A DNA stretch of 64,000 bases from Geosiphon pyriformis uo1 (taxonomy: Eukaryota; Fungi; Glomeromycota): the NCBI GenBank assembly GCA_016748015.1, contig JAAOMT010000436.1:1126033-1190032 (forward strand), written 5' to 3'. Below are positions 62,328 through 64,000 of this stretch, piece by piece. Position 1 is the stretch's first letter, and each line of letters begins with the position of its first letter. The notes under the pieces were generated by a model, which was not told the DNA's origin, did not search any database, and was given only the letters and a program-made list of their open reading frames with translations. The translations under genes and the position numbers were made by a program.

Positions 62328-63791
62328 ATGTCAGAACGAGACGCACAAAATCTTCTTGCGAAGGCTGATAAAAAGGCGACAACTTTTGGGTGGTTTGGTG
62401 GTAACAAATTTGAGGAAGCATCAGAATTGTACAACAAAGCGGCCAATACCTTCAAGTTAGCAAAGCGTTGTAAGTATATTAATTAATTGTTTTTAAAATT
62501 TGATGTTTTATAAAGAGCCGAGTTTTGAATCAGTTGTAATTCTGTTGAAACTAAGTGAGAAAACTGTAAAGTTAAATTAACTGTTGGATCGAACCTCAAT
62601 TATATCGTGGCCGGAAAAGGACGTTTGATTTATTAAAGGATCCATTATCAAAATCATATTGATTTTCACATTTTACAGAATCTCACGCGTCTTTTACATC
62701 TTATAGGGAAAGAAGCTGGAGATGCATTCATTAGAGCCGCTAGCATGCAAATCCAGTTGAATGAACGTGATGAAGCTGCAACTACTTATATAAATGCCTC
62801 AAAGTGTTATAAAAAGAGCAGTTTTGAAGGTGAGAATATTCTGACTTTTTTTTGGCATGGATGAAGTGTACCTGATTCATGGATCCCCCTAATTCAAGGA
62901 TTAATCACCAATACTAGATGCCATAACGTCTCTAAAACAAGCCATTGAAATATTCACCGATCGAGGACGATTTCAGGTAGCCGCTGGTCATCAAAAAGAA
63001 ATTGCTCAGATATACGAATCCGATCTAGTAGATCTAGAGAGGGCCATGCAGGCTTACGAAATTGCCGCCGATTGGTATGCTGGCGAGGAAGCAACTGCGT
63101 GAGTATGCTAGCTTTCTTATAAAAATATCCTCAATATAAATTTTCATTAATTTTCATTAATTAATTAATTAATCATTTCATAAAAGCCTAGCCAACAGTT
63201 GCTTGCTCAAAGTGGGGACTTTTGCTGCTACATTAGAACAATACGATAAAGCCATCGAGAAGTTTGAACAAGTAGCTAATGCAAGTCTTGACAATCAGCT
63301 CACAAAGTGGTCCCTCAAAGAATATTTTTTGAAAGCAGGTTTATGTCATATTGCTAATATGGTAAGACATTGGATTGAATATTTATATGTCGGATCCTAA
63401 TATTTTATTTATTACTATTTGAGCTGATTTAATTGTTAATTTTCCCCACCCCCACCCCCCCTCCCCTCAAAAAATCAGGATCATGTTGGCGCCCAAAGAG
63501 CCCTTCAACGATACTGCGAAATGGACGTGACCTTTAGCAGTACAAGGGAGTTTCAATTTCTTCAGGTAAAGTTGTAAATTTCATATAAGATTGATTTTAT
63601 AATCAGGACCATATTTTTGATACCATTTTGGATTCCCCTAGTCAATATTAGAGGCAGTAGAAGCAGGTGACAGTGAGATTTTCACAAACAAGGTGGTTGA
63701 GTTTGATCAATTAACCAAATTGGATAATTGGAAAACCACCATTCTGCTAAAGATCAAGAAAAGTATTCAAGAAGAAATCTCCTTCACATAA
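62328..63791 (+). CDS. SEC17: Alpha-SNAP (vesicle-fusion protein Sec17), 6 exons
   Basis: Exons 62328-62469, 62707-62829, 62918-63098, 63187-63361, 63479-63565, 63642-63791; [16 protein letters not shown]…[13 protein letters not shown]…; [14 protein letters not shown]; [23 protein letters not shown]. Confidence 0.95.
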
Positions 63792-64000
63792 AACAACTTT
63801 AAAAGGGAATCTTGGATATATATTCATAAATGGTACTGGCTTTATGAGGTGATTCGAGAGTATTGGAAATCTGGAATAGATTATGGAGTTTTTGCCGTCA
63901 AGCCATGCTTTCAGATGTTCGCCGTCAGAAGCCAATCCAGAGTTTGTCAGTAATTTTTTTGAGAATTGTATTAAATTTATTTGATCATGTTTTATTCTTT

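Overview
Eukaryotic (fungal) genomic DNA. The repeat families, intron-rich genes and AT bias suggest an early-diverging fungus of the Glomeromycotina (Geosiphon-like); this is my inference, not a database result. Positions 1-~51.6 kb are a decayed transposon field. It holds a five-level nest: an LTR is interrupted by a LINE, which is interrupted by Ty3/Gypsy element A (4519-24582), which is interrupted by Gypsy element B (9865-22131), which carries a third LTR, C. It also holds a nearly unrecognisable hAT transposase, a full-length RNase-H-bearing LINE (38837-45720), truncated LINEs, a solo LTR with a perfect 4-bp TSD, an ORF1-only (HAL1-like) element that borrows the LINE 3' end, and a multi-copy, extremely AT-rich repeat. 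Positions ~52.4-63.8 kb hold three intact-looking host genes on +: intronless BEM1/scd2, exportin-T (LOS1/XPOT, ~21 exons) and alpha-SNAP (SEC17, 6 exons). The most interesting signals are: (1) an unusual Gypsy architecture shared by two divergent families: one gag-PR-[conserved Cys-rich unknown domain]-dUTPase-RT-RNaseH frame, an apparently free-standing integrase ORF, and a conserved non-env ORF3 ending at the PPT; (2) 4-bp target sites apparently centred on CpG; (3) the ORF1-only LINE parasite; (4) a repeat-restricted C>T/G>A hypermutation that includes CpA, i.e. RIP-like. Coordinates were read by hand and may be off by a few bases.
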